From an uncultured Gardnerella sp. (GTDB taxonomy: Bacteria > Actinomycetota > Actinomycetes > Actinomycetales > Bifidobacteriaceae): DNA of 52,048 nucleotides. Positions 10,573 to 19,806 of the stretch are shown here, piece after piece. The position numbers and the translations under genes were made by a program. How positions within the stretch are numbered: the first letter of the stretch is position 1; the number at the start of each line of letters is the position of its first letter. The stretch is taken from contig CAMYED010000001.1 in NCBI GenBank assembly GCA_947254595.1, positions 1 through 52,048 of the forward strand. Direction: 5' to 3'. The notes beneath the pieces are model-generated. The model saw nothing but the letters and a program-made list of their open reading frames with translations. It did no database searches and was not told where the DNA came from.

Positions 10573-11370
10573 ATGGAACCTTTGCAACGCTGCGTAATAC
10601 TAGCAGCAGGAGATTATTACGACCATACACGTGAGCATGTGCCAGATCGCGCACTTACCATCGCTGCAGACGGCGGATGGGATCACGCCTGCGAATTGGG
10701 ATTGCACGTAGACGCACTTATAGGCGACTTAGATTCAGTTCGATTAAAATTGCCTACTGATGCCGTTATAACACGTTTGCCAGCAGAAAAAGACGATCCA
10801 GACCTACTTTCCGCACTAAAAGTCGGCTGGTCTAAAGGCGCTCGCGAGTTTCATATTTTCGGCGGATTAGGCGGCCGAGTCGATCACACTATTTCTAATA
10901 TTCAACTTATGGTTCGATTGGCACTCCGCGGCGGAATTGGCTTCTTGTATGGCGATGGGCAAATTGTTACAGCTATTCACGATGGAGCTCTTGATTTTCC
11001 AGCGTCAACAGGAAGTAATTCGAGAATTGTGTCTGTATTTTCACATACGCCAGTTTCAAATGATGTAAATGAGACTGGATTAAAATATCAGCTCCAACAC
11101 GCCACTATGCATGGAGATGCTGTTCAAGGTTTAAGCAATGAACTGTTAGACAATACTCCGGCACATGTTGACGTTCATGAGGGAACACTTATTGTTACTT
11201 TTCCTATTAACGCACCTCTGCCACAAGTAAGTTGGTTTAAGCGTCCAGTTGGAGATTTGGGTAAAGTTGACGCTTCAATATCCGAAGCACTAGCCGTTCC
11301 ATTAGAAAGTGAAGCTACACCAACAGACTCAACTACCGCAGCTGCTGAATCTATGACATATAACGAATAA
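10573..11370 (+). CDS. thiN: Thiamine diphosphokinase
   Basis: AADGG, IGDLDS, AEKDDPD, GGLGGRVDH, LKY, GLSNE; start chosen after GAGG. Confidence 0.88.
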   Translation: MEPLQRCVILAAGDYYDHTREHVPDRALTIAADGGWDHACELGLHVDALIGDLDSVRLKLPTDAVITRLPAEKDDPDLLSALKVGWSKGAREFHIFGGLGGRVDHTISNIQLMVRLALRGGIGFLYGDGQIVTAIHDGALDFPASTGSNSRIVSVFSHTPVSNDVNETGLKYQLQHATMHGDAVQGLSNELLDNTPAHVDVHEGTLIVTFPINAPLPQVSWFKRPVGDLGKVDASISEALAVPLESEATPTDSTTAAAESMTYNE

Positions 11371-11388
11371 GTATGTAAATAATTTTCC

Positions 11389-11433
11389 AATAAGGCTGAC
11401 GAGTGTTTTACAAACCTGCTCGCCAGCCTTATT
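11389..11433 (+). terminator. Hairpin terminator after thiN
   Basis: AATAAGGCTGACGAG...CTCGCCAGCCTTATT followed by TT. Confidence 0.6.
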
Positions 11434-11537
11434 TTGTGCACAAAACAAAATAAATGTTCAATTGAACAGCGCAAATACTGAAAAAATACAACTATAAATT
11501 ACCAAAAAATGCACAAAAAGACTCACAAAACATAGCA

Positions 11538-11551
11538 TATTAACGCTCAGA
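11538..11551. promoter_or_regulatory. Possible LacI-family (AraQ-like) operator upstream of gap
   Basis: TATTAACGCTCAGA (reverse complement TCTGAGCGTTAATA) resembles TGTGAGCG-type bifidobacterial AraQ sites; TGTTACAAC direct repeats nearby. Confidence 0.25.
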
Positions 11552-11727
11552 CTCTGCACACTGTGCTGTTACAACAAAAGTGAGCTATGTTACAACTCTT
11601 CGTACATACCGCACATTAAAATGAGCACCGTTAATTCAATAACGATGACCATAATGCGTGAATTTTTATCGCGTAAATAGCGTGACTTAAGAACGTTACG
11701 CACGAGGTCCACTCAAGGGAGAACCAC

Positions 11728-12783
11728 ATGACAGTCAAGATTGGTATTAATGGTTTCGGTCGAATCGGTCGTCTTGCATTCCGTCGCATCTTCGAGCTTC
11801 AGGCTCGCGGTGGTCAGGCCGGTGACATCGAAGTCGCAGCCATCAACGATCTGACCACTCCTTCTATGCTCGCCTACTTGCTTAAGTACGACAGCACTCA
11901 CGGCACATTCCGTCACGACGACGGCACCCCAGTTGAGGTGACCTCCACCGAAGACGCAATTGTCGTAGACGGTAAGACTTACAAGGTATACGCAGAGAAG
12001 GATGCAAACAACATTCCATGGGTTAAGAACGATGGCGTTGAATTCGTTCTTGAATGCACCGGTTTCTACACTTCTGCTGAAAAGTCCCAGGCTCACTTGA
12101 ACGCTGGCGCTAAGAAGGTTCTTATCTCCGCTCCAGCTAAGGACGAAACCACCCCAACCGTAGTGTTCGGCGTAAATCATGAAATCTTGAAGCCAACCGA
12201 CAACATCGTGTCCGCAGGCTCTTGCACCACCAACTCCATGGCTGCCATGGTTAAGTTGCTGCAGGATAACTGGGGCATTAAGTCCGGCTTCATGACCACA
12301 ATCCACGCTTACACCGGAACTCAGATGATTCTTGACGGCCCACGCGGCTCCAAGCCACGCAACAACCGTTCTGCAGCTTGCAACACCATTGAGCACTCCA
12401 CCGGCGCTGCTAAGGCAATCGGCAAGGTTGTTCCAGAAGTTAACGGCAAGCTTCAGGGTCACGCACAGCGTATTCAGGTTCCAGATGGCTCCGTTACCGA
12501 GTTGACCACTGTTCTCGAGAAGCCAGCAACCGCTGAAGAAATTAACGAAGCCTTCAAGAAGGCTTTCGAAAACTGCGAGTACTTCGGCTACAATGCCGAC
12601 AGCATCGTGTCTTCTGACATCATCGGCGACACCCACGGTGGCGTTTTCGATCCAACTCAGACCGATGTGAACACTGTTGACGGCGTAACTTTGGCTCGTA
12701 CCGTTACCTTCTACGACAACGAGTACGGCTTCACCTCCAACATGATTCGTACCCTTCTTTACTTCGCTGAAATCTCCGAGTGA
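11728..12783 (+). CDS. gap: Glyceraldehyde-3-phosphate dehydrogenase type I
   Basis: [19 protein letters not shown] active site, YDNEYG; strong codon bias. Confidence 0.98.
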   Translation: MTVKIGINGFGRIGRLAFRRIFELQARGGQAGDIEVAAINDLTTPSMLAYLLKYDSTHGTFRHDDGTPVEVTSTEDAIVVDGKTYKVYAEKDANNIPWVKNDGVEFVLECTGFYTSAEKSQAHLNAGAKKVLISAPAKDETTPTVVFGVNHEILKPTDNIVSAGSCTTNSMAAMVKLLQDNWGIKSGFMTTIHAYTGTQMILDGPRGSKPRNNRSAACNTIEHSTGAAKAIGKVVPEVNGKLQGHAQRIQVPDGSVTELTTVLEKPATAEEINEAFKKAFENCEYFGYNADSIVSSDIIGDTHGGVFDPTQTDVNTVDGVTLARTVTFYDNEYGFTSNMIRTLLYFAEISE

Positions 12784-12846
12784 GATTAGCTTAAATCTTA
12801 ACTTAAGTTAAATAAGCTAATGTAAACTAAGCTAATAGCGAATTTT

Positions 12847-12888
12847 AATCCCCTTGTGCTGCTTTCTAAGCTACACAAGGGGTTTATT
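12847..12888 (+). terminator. Terminator after gap
   Basis: CCCTTGTG...CACAAGGG stem followed by T-rich tract. Confidence 0.6.
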
Positions 12889-12940
12889 ATATTATTTATT
12901 TTCAAACTTAATTGCGCAATCATTAAGTCGGATTGATTTC

Positions 12941-13182
12941 GGCATTTTCGTTACGTGCGCGTAAAGCCAATGCCGGCTCTAAGCCCGCACGCGTTAGTTT
13001 CGTTACGTGCACGTACAGCAAATAACGATTTTTAGCGCAACTATGTTAGTTTCTTTACGCGCACGTACAGAGAATGCCGTTTCTACAGCCGCGCGCGTTA
13101 GTTTCGTTACGTGACTGTAAGGCAACTGCCGTTTCTACGTAATATTCCGGCATTTATTGTACGTCAGCGTAAAGCAAATAAC
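12941..13182 (+). repeat. 52-bp-period array A (5 units of 34-bp dyad + 18-bp linker)
   Basis: Units start 12941, 12993, 13045, 13097, 13149, e.g. GTTAGTTTCGTTAC-GTGCAC-GTACAGCAAATAAC. Confidence 0.9.
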
Positions 13183-13328
13183 GTTTGTAAGGTGCTCTAA
13201 AAGCAAAAGCAGGTCGTTGCGCAAAACTCGCGTCACAATAGTTTTAATATACATTAAGTCAACAGTTGGTATAGCATATCATGTAACACAAAATTGATAT
13301 TGGAATACGCAACATAAGGGGAAACGCA

Positions 13329-13829
13329 ATGAGTAAGAAACACGCAGCAACCGGAAAAGCAACACCAGCCATTGCACAACTCGAAGAAGCCGGAATTAAC
13401 TTTAGAATAGCTGAATATGATCATGATGCTGACCACATGGATGACGGCTACGGCATAGAAGCAGCCGAAAAACTTGGCGTAAGTGCAGCTCAAGTATGCA
13501 AAACACTTATGGTCGACACTGGCGAAAAGCGCGTTGTTGGAATTGTTCCAGTAAATGGACGATTAAATATGAAAGCAATTGCAGGAGCCGTACACGCAAA
13601 GAAAGCTAGCATGACGAGCCCAGAAGTTGCACAACGTGAAAGCGGCTACGTAGTTGGCGGAATTTCACCATTCGGACAAAAAAATCATCATGAAACTGTG
13701 CTCGACAGCAGCGTAATGCAATTTGACGAGATTCTTGTTTCTGGAGGAAAGCGCGGATTGGATGTTGTGCTTAATCCTCAAGACATCGTAACATTGTTAA
13801 ACGCAACTGTTGCAGATATTGCAGCGTAA
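13329..13829 (+). CDS. ybaK: YbaK/EbsC family aminoacyl-tRNA deacylase
   Basis: ATPA, VCKTL, SGYVVGGISPFGQK, VSGGKRG. Confidence 0.9.
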   Translation: MSKKHAATGKATPAIAQLEEAGINFRIAEYDHDADHMDDGYGIEAAEKLGVSAAQVCKTLMVDTGEKRVVGIVPVNGRLNMKAIAGAVHAKKASMTSPEVAQRESGYVVGGISPFGQKNHHETVLDSSVMQFDEILVSGGKRGLDVVLNPQDIVTLLNATVADIAA

Positions 13830-13975
13830 ACAATATTAACGAATTTATTTACCGCAATATTGCCAGTATTATTAAAAACACACAATTAGTGCACAAGCTA
13901 AGAGAAAACAAAAGTAACGTCTTGGCAACGTGCGATAATCCCTTAGGTTGTTCATTAATCGTTAAGGAGTGCATT

Positions 13976-14050
13976 ATGGGTATGCGTGGCCGCAAGCGCA
14001 AGGCGCGTCGTAAAAAGGCAGCAAATCATGGCAAAAGGCCAAATGCTTAA
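13976..14050 (+). CDS. 50S ribosomal protein bL37 (24 aa, MGMRGRKRKARRKKAANHGKRPNA)
   Basis: Read manually; AAGGAG RBS; C-terminal ANHGKRPNA typical of actinobacterial bL37; terminator follows. Confidence 0.9.
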   Translation: MGMRGRKRKARRKKAANHGKRPNA

Positions 14051-14075
14051 GCTATAGATTCGCTTACATACTGTT

Positions 14076-14099
14076 AAGCCCGCTTTATGCGGGCTTTTT
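14076..14099 (+). terminator. Intrinsic terminator after bL37
   Basis: AAGCCCGC-TTTAT-GCGGGCTTTTT. Confidence 0.8.
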
Positions 14100-14151
14100 G
14101 CTTTAGTATATACATTTGCAGAATAAATATTTACGCATAAAACAATCTGCA

Positions 14152-14811
14152 CTAATTAGAATAGTCTTCAAGCTCATGCTTTAATTGCGTACGAGCACGG
14201 TTCAGCCTGCTCATAACGGTACCTATTTTTATTCCTTCTTCTTGAGCAATTTGCTTATAAGATTTTCCGTTGACAGCAGCTTCGATAAAAACTTTTCTAC
14301 GCTCCGGAGGCAAAGTTCCTAACGCAGACATGATTTCTTGCGGAGCGAATCCTTCTAAATACTCTTGTTCGGCGGAAAGTAACCCGCTTGGAGAATGACT
14401 AGAAGCTTCGTAAATATCCCAGTCGTTGTAATCGCCAGTTGCGTCGTTTGCGCGTTTCGGGCGCCGCTTTGCTTTAGCGTATTGATTAAAATATAAGTTT
14501 CGTTCAATTCTGCTAATCCATGCCGCAAAATTAGTGCCAGGCTCAAAAGTTGAAAAAGATTTTAGCGCACGTTCAAGAGTGTCTTGAACTAAATCTTGCG
14601 CATCTTGCGCATTGTTAGTCAATCGCATTGCCTGCGTGTACAACGCGTCTACGCAGGAGGCAGCTAACTGTTCGAATTGTTCGTGACGGTTTTTTACAAG
14701 CTTATAATTCTTAAATTTTTTTGAAGATGAGCGCAACAAATTAACATGTTCATTCTGAATACTTTGCGTTTGAGCGCTTTGTTTATTTGTATTCTTATTC
14801 TGCTCACTCAT
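14152..14811 (-). CDS. ECF sigma-70 factor, SigH/SigR-like
   Basis: AQDLVQDT, FEPGTNFAAW, SAEQE, IGTVMSRLNRAR. Confidence 0.88.
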   Translation of the reverse strand: MSEQNKNTNKQSAQTQSIQNEHVNLLRSSSKKFKNYKLVKNRHEQFEQLAASCVDALYTQAMRLTNNAQDAQDLVQDTLERALKSFSTFEPGTNFAAWISRIERNLYFNQYAKAKRRPKRANDATGDYNDWDIYEASSHSPSGLLSAEQEYLEGFAPQEIMSALGTLPPERRKVFIEAAVNGKSYKQIAQEEGIKIGTVMSRLNRARTQLKHELEDYSN

Positions 14812-14894
14812 ACCATCAATAATACTTTTTACTTTGCACATCGCAGCATTTAATACCGCGCGCCATAGCGAGCCGTTGCGCTAAGATTGTCAAT

Positions 14895-15674
14895 ATGCCA
14901 ACTCACATTCAAGAATTGTTAGATGCTTTAGTTGCAGCACATTACCAAGATGAAAGCACTCCCCTTTCTAAATCATGGCTTCTTGGCTTTGATACAGAAA
15001 CTACGGGAGCTAATTTATTCAAGGATGCTATTGTTTCTGCAACTTTAGTACTACGAAACCCTGCGCTTGGTCATACGGGTGACACTGTTTCAACTTGGCT
15101 TATTAATCCGCATCAGCCGATGAACCCTAAAGCAAGCGAAGTAAATGGCTTTACCGACGAATATTTGCAGGAAAATGGCGGAGAACCGGTAGAAGAACTT
15201 GAATTACTTGCGAAAGCAATAAGCGAAGCTCAGGCAAAGAATATTCCATTGTTGGCTTATAACGCACCATTTGACTTAACAATGCTACGAAACGATTTGC
15301 GCCGTTGGAATCTTAGCCCATTAAATAGTCGCCCAACGTGCAATATAAGCACGCTTAGCAAGGATGATGTGCTTACTGTTGATCCGCTTGTTATAGATCG
15401 CGCTGTTTCGCATAGAACTGGTAAACGAACCTTAACTCTTACTTCGCAATTTTACGGAGTTGAACCGATTGGTGATTTTCATGATGCTACGGCGGATACT
15501 GTTGCTGCTCTTGATTTAGTTGCGCCAATTTGTGAAATGCACGAAACTTTAGGAGCAATGCCTTTAGGTAGCGTTATGCAATGGCAGCGCGAAGCTTATA
15601 GTAGCTGGAAAAATAGTTTTAATCAGTGGATTCAGTCTAAAGGTCGCGAACCTATTACAGGGTCGTGGCTGTAG
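14895..15674 (+). CDS. DEDDh 3'-5' exonuclease (DnaQ/Pol III epsilon-like)
   Basis: GFDTETTG, AYNAPFD, HDATAD. Confidence 0.85.
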   Translation: MPTHIQELLDALVAAHYQDESTPLSKSWLLGFDTETTGANLFKDAIVSATLVLRNPALGHTGDTVSTWLINPHQPMNPKASEVNGFTDEYLQENGGEPVEELELLAKAISEAQAKNIPLLAYNAPFDLTMLRNDLRRWNLSPLNSRPTCNISTLSKDDVLTVDPLVIDRAVSHRTGKRTLTLTSQFYGVEPIGDFHDATADTVAALDLVAPICEMHETLGAMPLGSVMQWQREAYSSWKNSFNQWIQSKGREPITGSWL

Positions 15675-15798
15675 CTAATGCGGTTGCTTAAGATTGCTAC
15701 CTAAGATTGCTACTTAAGCCTATAAATTATAGAAAAACTATTAATTTTCATAGTATATTATTACATACAATTTGTTTAATCGTGAAAAGAAGTAGAAA

Positions 15799-17589
15799 AT
15801 GACTATTCATAATACGTTGTCGTTAGAAAGCGCAAGCGAAATTTTGCAGAATTACGGCTTGTTGCGCGAGATGATTCAGCATAATGAATGTAAAAATAGC
15901 ACTTCTGAGAATGAAAATAACACAGGTAACGCAGACTCAACACACGTAAAAAATGAAATTTGGTCACTAAACTCACACTATTTTGGAAATGTTGACGCAA
16001 ATAAGCCATTTTCTCACGCAACTTACGATACGCGCGATATTAAGCCAGGAACACTGCTGTTCATTAAAGGCAATTTTAAGCCGGAATATCTTTTAGGAGC
16101 AGATAGTAAAGGTCTTGAAGCGTACGTTGCTGAACAAAGCTACGCAAACTACACTAATACGGTTGGCTTAATAGTTACGGACGCTCGCAAAGCAATGAGC
16201 ATACTTTCTGCAGAATTCTTCGGTAACCCTCAAAAAAAGCTCACTATTGTTGGAATTACGGGCACTAAAGGAAAAACCACTACCGCATACTTTACGCACG
16301 CTATTCTAAGCGCTCATTCTCATGGAAAAGCAGCACTGTTTTCTTCAGTAGACAATTGCGTTGACGGAAAAAATTACGTTGAATCTAATTTAACTACTCC
16401 GGAAAGTTTTGATGCCTTCCGAATGATGAGTGAAGCTGTAGATAACGGTATGAAATACCTTGTTATGGAAGTTTCTTCGCAGGCGTACAAAGTAAATCGC
16501 GTATACGGGCTTAAATTTGATGTTGCTGCATTTTTGAATATTAGCCCGGACCATATTAGTCCTATTGAGCACCCGACTTTTGAAGATTACCTGTATTGCA
16601 AGAGACAAATTATTGCGAATACTAAACGTTTGGTACTAAATGCTGATACTGATCATGCGGATCTTCTTTTGCAGGATGCTGAGCGTAACGATGTTAATGT
16701 AACAACATTTGCGCGTATTCAAAGAGAAGAATTAAGTGAAAAAGATTCAGAAGGCGATTATAACGACGACTTTTCTAATAATTGCATAGATTATTGCACT
16801 TACGTAAACGATGACGATTACCAGGAACTTCTTACGCCTGATTACATTGCTATGCCTGTAGAAGGAAGCGAAGCGCATTGTATTGCTATGCGTGACACAG
16901 ATGAAGATACTGATGAAGATACGCACGAAAACGCACACTACTGCCCTATTGACGAATTCTCAATATCTATTGCAGGCGATTTCAACTATGACAATGCTTT
17001 AGCCGCAATAGCAATTGCAGGCGAATTAGGAATTAACCAGGAAACTGATTTACACGCCTTACACGCTATTGAAAACGTTACTATTTCGGGGCGAATGGAA
17101 GTATTCCAAGATACAAAATCAAGCACGGTTGCAATCGTTGACTACGCTCATAACTACATTTCTACAAAATCAGTTATCGACTTTGTAGAAGAACGATACG
17201 GAAAACATAATCCTCGCATTACGCTTATTACCGGATCTACCGGAGATAAGGCTGTTGACAGGCGAAAAGAGATTGTTGAAGCAGCCCAAAACCGCGTAAG
17301 CCAGATTATTTTTACGACCGAAGACACTGATACTGAAGATGTAATACATATTTGCGAAGATATGCAAAGTTACGTTACAAACTCAAATATTTCGTCACGA
17401 ATTATTATCGATAGAGTCGAAGCAATCGAATACGCCTACAATGATGCTGTAAAAAGTGCACAAAACGATGGAAGATTAAATGTTCTTCTCGCTATTGGCA
17501 AAGGTGACGAGCGCTGGATTAAAAGCAAACGAAAGCACGTACCGTACGAAGGTGACTCGTTCGTAATAAAACGACTTTTTTGCTTATAA
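15799..17589 (+). CDS. murE: MurE-family UDP-MurNAc-tripeptide synthetase (probably Lys/Orn-adding)
   Basis: GITGTKGKTTT, LTTPES, MEVSS, SPDH, GRME, VDYAHN, IGKG; lacks the DNPR motif of mDAP-specific MurE. Confidence 0.85.
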   Translation: MTIHNTLSLESASEILQNYGLLREMIQHNECKNSTSENENNTGNADSTHVKNEIWSLNSHYFGNVDANKPFSHATYDTRDIKPGTLLFIKGNFKPEYLLGADSKGLEAYVAEQSYANYTNTVGLIVTDARKAMSILSAEFFGNPQKKLTIVGITGTKGKTTTAYFTHAILSAHSHGKAALFSSVDNCVDGKNYVESNLTTPESFDAFRMMSEAVDNGMKYLVMEVSSQAYKVNRVYGLKFDVAAFLNISPDHISPIEHPTFEDYLYCKRQIIANTKRLVLNADTDHADLLLQDAERNDVNVTTFARIQREELSEKDSEGDYNDDFSNNCIDYCTYVNDDDYQELLTPDYIAMPVEGSEAHCIAMRDTDEDTDEDTHENAHYCPIDEFSISIAGDFNYDNALAAIAIAGELGINQETDLHALHAIENVTISGRMEVFQDTKSSTVAIVDYAHNYISTKSVIDFVEERYGKHNPRITLITGSTGDKAVDRRKEIVEAAQNRVSQIIFTTEDTDTEDVIHICEDMQSYVTNSNISSRIIIDRVEAIEYAYNDAVKSAQNDGRLNVLLAIGKGDERWIKSKRKHVPYEGDSFVIKRLFCL

Positions 17590-17705
17590 TGAACTATTTT
17601 GAAAATAGAAACAATTAAGCATAAAACACTTAAACATAAAAGCGCCCAAAAGCGCCCAAAGCACTAAAAAAAAAATAAAAACAACAAACGATAAAGAAGA
17701 CACAA

Positions 17706-18947
17706 ATGAAGAATCAACAATTCCAACCTGTACTACTTGGAAGCGATATTAACGCTTACGGAATGGCCAGAGCATTCCACGAAGCATACGGAATTACTTC
17801 GATTGCTTTCGCACACTTCCATCTTTCGCCTACAAAATTCAGCAAAATTGTTGACGTGCGCATTGTTCCAGGATTTGGCGAGCTTAATACTTTCCGCAAA
17901 ACCATGGTTGATTTTGCTAAATCATGGAGTAAAGAAAATCCAAATACTAAACTACTTCTTATTCCTTGCGGAGACGTTTACGCGAATTTACTTAGCCAAT
18001 GCGGAGACGAATTGCACGAATATTTTGCATTCCACACGCTTCCGGAAGCGTTAAATCGCCAGCTAAGCCTAAAAAGTTCATTCTACAAAACTTGCGAAAA
18101 ATACAATCTTCCTCATCCAAAAACTAAAGTAGTAAACGCGAAAGAAGTAGCAGCTCACGCATATAAAGAATTACCATTCGACTTTCCTATTGCAATGAAG
18201 CCAGCAAATAGCACTAAATGGCTAGATATTGATTTTGAAGGACGCAAAAAAGCTTTTATTATCTACACTCCAGAGGAGCTGGATACTCTTATTCAGCGCT
18301 CGTACGAAGCTGGATACGATGACGAAATGATTTTGCAAGACTTTATTCCGGGAGACGACAGCCGCATGCGAGTGCTCAACGCTTACGTAGATAGCGAGCA
18401 CCACGTGCGCATGATGTTCCTTGGACACCCGCTTCTTGAAGACCCAACTCCAGAAGCGGTCGGCAATTACGCTGCTATTATTCCTGACTACAATGAGGAA
18501 GTTTTCCGCAATATTAAAGCATTTTTGGAAGATATACACTACGTTGGTGTAGCTAATTTTGATATGAAATACGACGAGCGAGACGGAAAGTATAAGCTTT
18601 TTGAAATCAACCTGCGCCAAGGCCGCTCAAGCTACTTCGTTACATTAAACGGCTACAATATTGCGAAATATTTTGCGCAAGATTTAATTTTCCACGAGCC
18701 TTTTGACGGAAATACCGTGTTTGGGCGCGGAGAAAAGTTGTGGATGGAAATTCCGCGCTCAATTTTCCGCGATTACGTTGAAGAAAGTGAAGAAAAACAG
18801 CGTGCGCTTAATATGATTCGTCGCGGCGATTGGGGCACTACGCTAGAATATAAGAAGGATATGAACCTGCTACGCTGGTTGATGATTCGTCACATGTTTT
18901 CAATTTATACAAGGCGTTACGCAGAATTTTTCCGCAAAAAAGCGTGA
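17706..18947 (+). CDS. ATP-grasp carboxylate-amine ligase, D-aspartate ligase (Asl/YxbA-like)
   Basis: LGSDINAYGMARAFHEAY, QDFIPGDD, NFDMKYD, FEINLRQGRS; lies between murE and aspartate racemase. Confidence 0.85.
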   Translation: MKNQQFQPVLLGSDINAYGMARAFHEAYGITSIAFAHFHLSPTKFSKIVDVRIVPGFGELNTFRKTMVDFAKSWSKENPNTKLLLIPCGDVYANLLSQCGDELHEYFAFHTLPEALNRQLSLKSSFYKTCEKYNLPHPKTKVVNAKEVAAHAYKELPFDFPIAMKPANSTKWLDIDFEGRKKAFIIYTPEELDTLIQRSYEAGYDDEMILQDFIPGDDSRMRVLNAYVDSEHHVRMMFLGHPLLEDPTPEAVGNYAAIIPDYNEEVFRNIKAFLEDIHYVGVANFDMKYDERDGKYKLFEINLRQGRSSYFVTLNGYNIAKYFAQDLIFHEPFDGNTVFGRGEKLWMEIPRSIFRDYVEESEEKQRALNMIRRGDWGTTLEYKKDMNLLRWLMIRHMFSIYTRRYAEFFRKKA

Positions 18948-18988
18948 AGTAAAAAAAAACTACGTAACATCTGAAGGGATACGAAACA

Positions 18989-19717
18989 ATGAAACGGCCG
19001 TTTTTTGCTGTGCTTGGCGGCATGGGCACGCTTGCAACAGAAAGCTACATTCGTTTACTAAATAAAGAAACGCATGCACATAATGATCAAGAGTTTTTAG
19101 ATTACGTAGTATTCAACGACGCTTCCGTGCCAGACAGAACAGCGTATATTGTTGGAGAATCAGCTGAAAGCCCATTCCCTGTTCTTGCAGACGACATTTC
19201 AAAAGCAACAGCAATCGGAGCTTCGTTTATTGTACTTACCTGCAATACGGCACACTATTTTTACGACAAGTTCCAGGCTCTTACTGATGTTCCTATTATG
19301 CACATGCCACGCGGAGCCGTGGCAGAAGTTTCTAAACGATACCCAAAGTCTAAATGTAATCGTATTGGATTCTTAGGAACTGCAGGATCTCGCAAAGCCG
19401 GAGTATACCAGCGCGCTATTGAAGAAGCGGGATACACTTTTGTAGCACCGGACGATAACTTGCAAGAACGTATTACTTCGCTTATTTATGACGACGTAAA
19501 AGGCACGGGAGAGCTTGACTTGCACCGTTACGAATCGGTATTAAGCGAAATGCTCGACCCTGCAGGAAACTGCCACTGCGACGCACTTATTTTGGGGTGC
19601 ACAGAATTAAGCGTACTTAACGAAGCTTTCCCACTTCCGCAAATTCCTTTAGTAGACGCTCAAGCAGTACTCGTAAAAGACACTGTAGAAAAAGCTAAAG
19701 CTTTGCAAATTAAGTAG
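18989..19717 (+). CDS. Aspartate racemase
   Basis: GGMGTLAT, PDRT, two catalytic Cys motifs CNTAH and GCTELS. Confidence 0.9.
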   Translation: MKRPFFAVLGGMGTLATESYIRLLNKETHAHNDQEFLDYVVFNDASVPDRTAYIVGESAESPFPVLADDISKATAIGASFIVLTCNTAHYFYDKFQALTDVPIMHMPRGAVAEVSKRYPKSKCNRIGFLGTAGSRKAGVYQRAIEEAGYTFVAPDDNLQERITSLIYDDVKGTGELDLHRYESVLSEMLDPAGNCHCDALILGCTELSVLNEAFPLPQIPLVDAQAVLVKDTVEKAKALQIK

Positions 19718-19730
19718 CAAATGGTAAGCA

Positions 19731-19786
19731 ATTTAGCTCGCTAATTAAGTAACAAATTAATTAGCGAATTAATTAGCGAGCTAAAC
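19731..19786. terminator. Inverted repeat between convergent racemase and folC
   Basis: TTTAGCTCGCTAATTAA...TTAATTAGCGAGCTAAA. Confidence 0.6.
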
Positions 19787-19806
19787 AGTAAGCAAGCAAA
19801 TTAAAT

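Noticed and set aside
11713..12636. 307-aa ORF antisense to gap
   Set aside because: Shadow of strong codon bias in a highly expressed gene; no recognisable motifs.
12941..13182. 52-bp arrays read as CRISPR arrays
   Set aside because: Repeats are too degenerate. The 18-bp linkers are short and related between arrays (GTTTCTACAGCCGCGCGC in A vs reverse-complement GTTTCTACAGTCGTGCGC in B). No cas genes are present.
17666..17675. Poly-A tracts (also 6790-6799 and near 18950) as phase-variation switches
   Set aside because: They lie in A-rich intergenic or terminator sequence with no clear promoter geometry.
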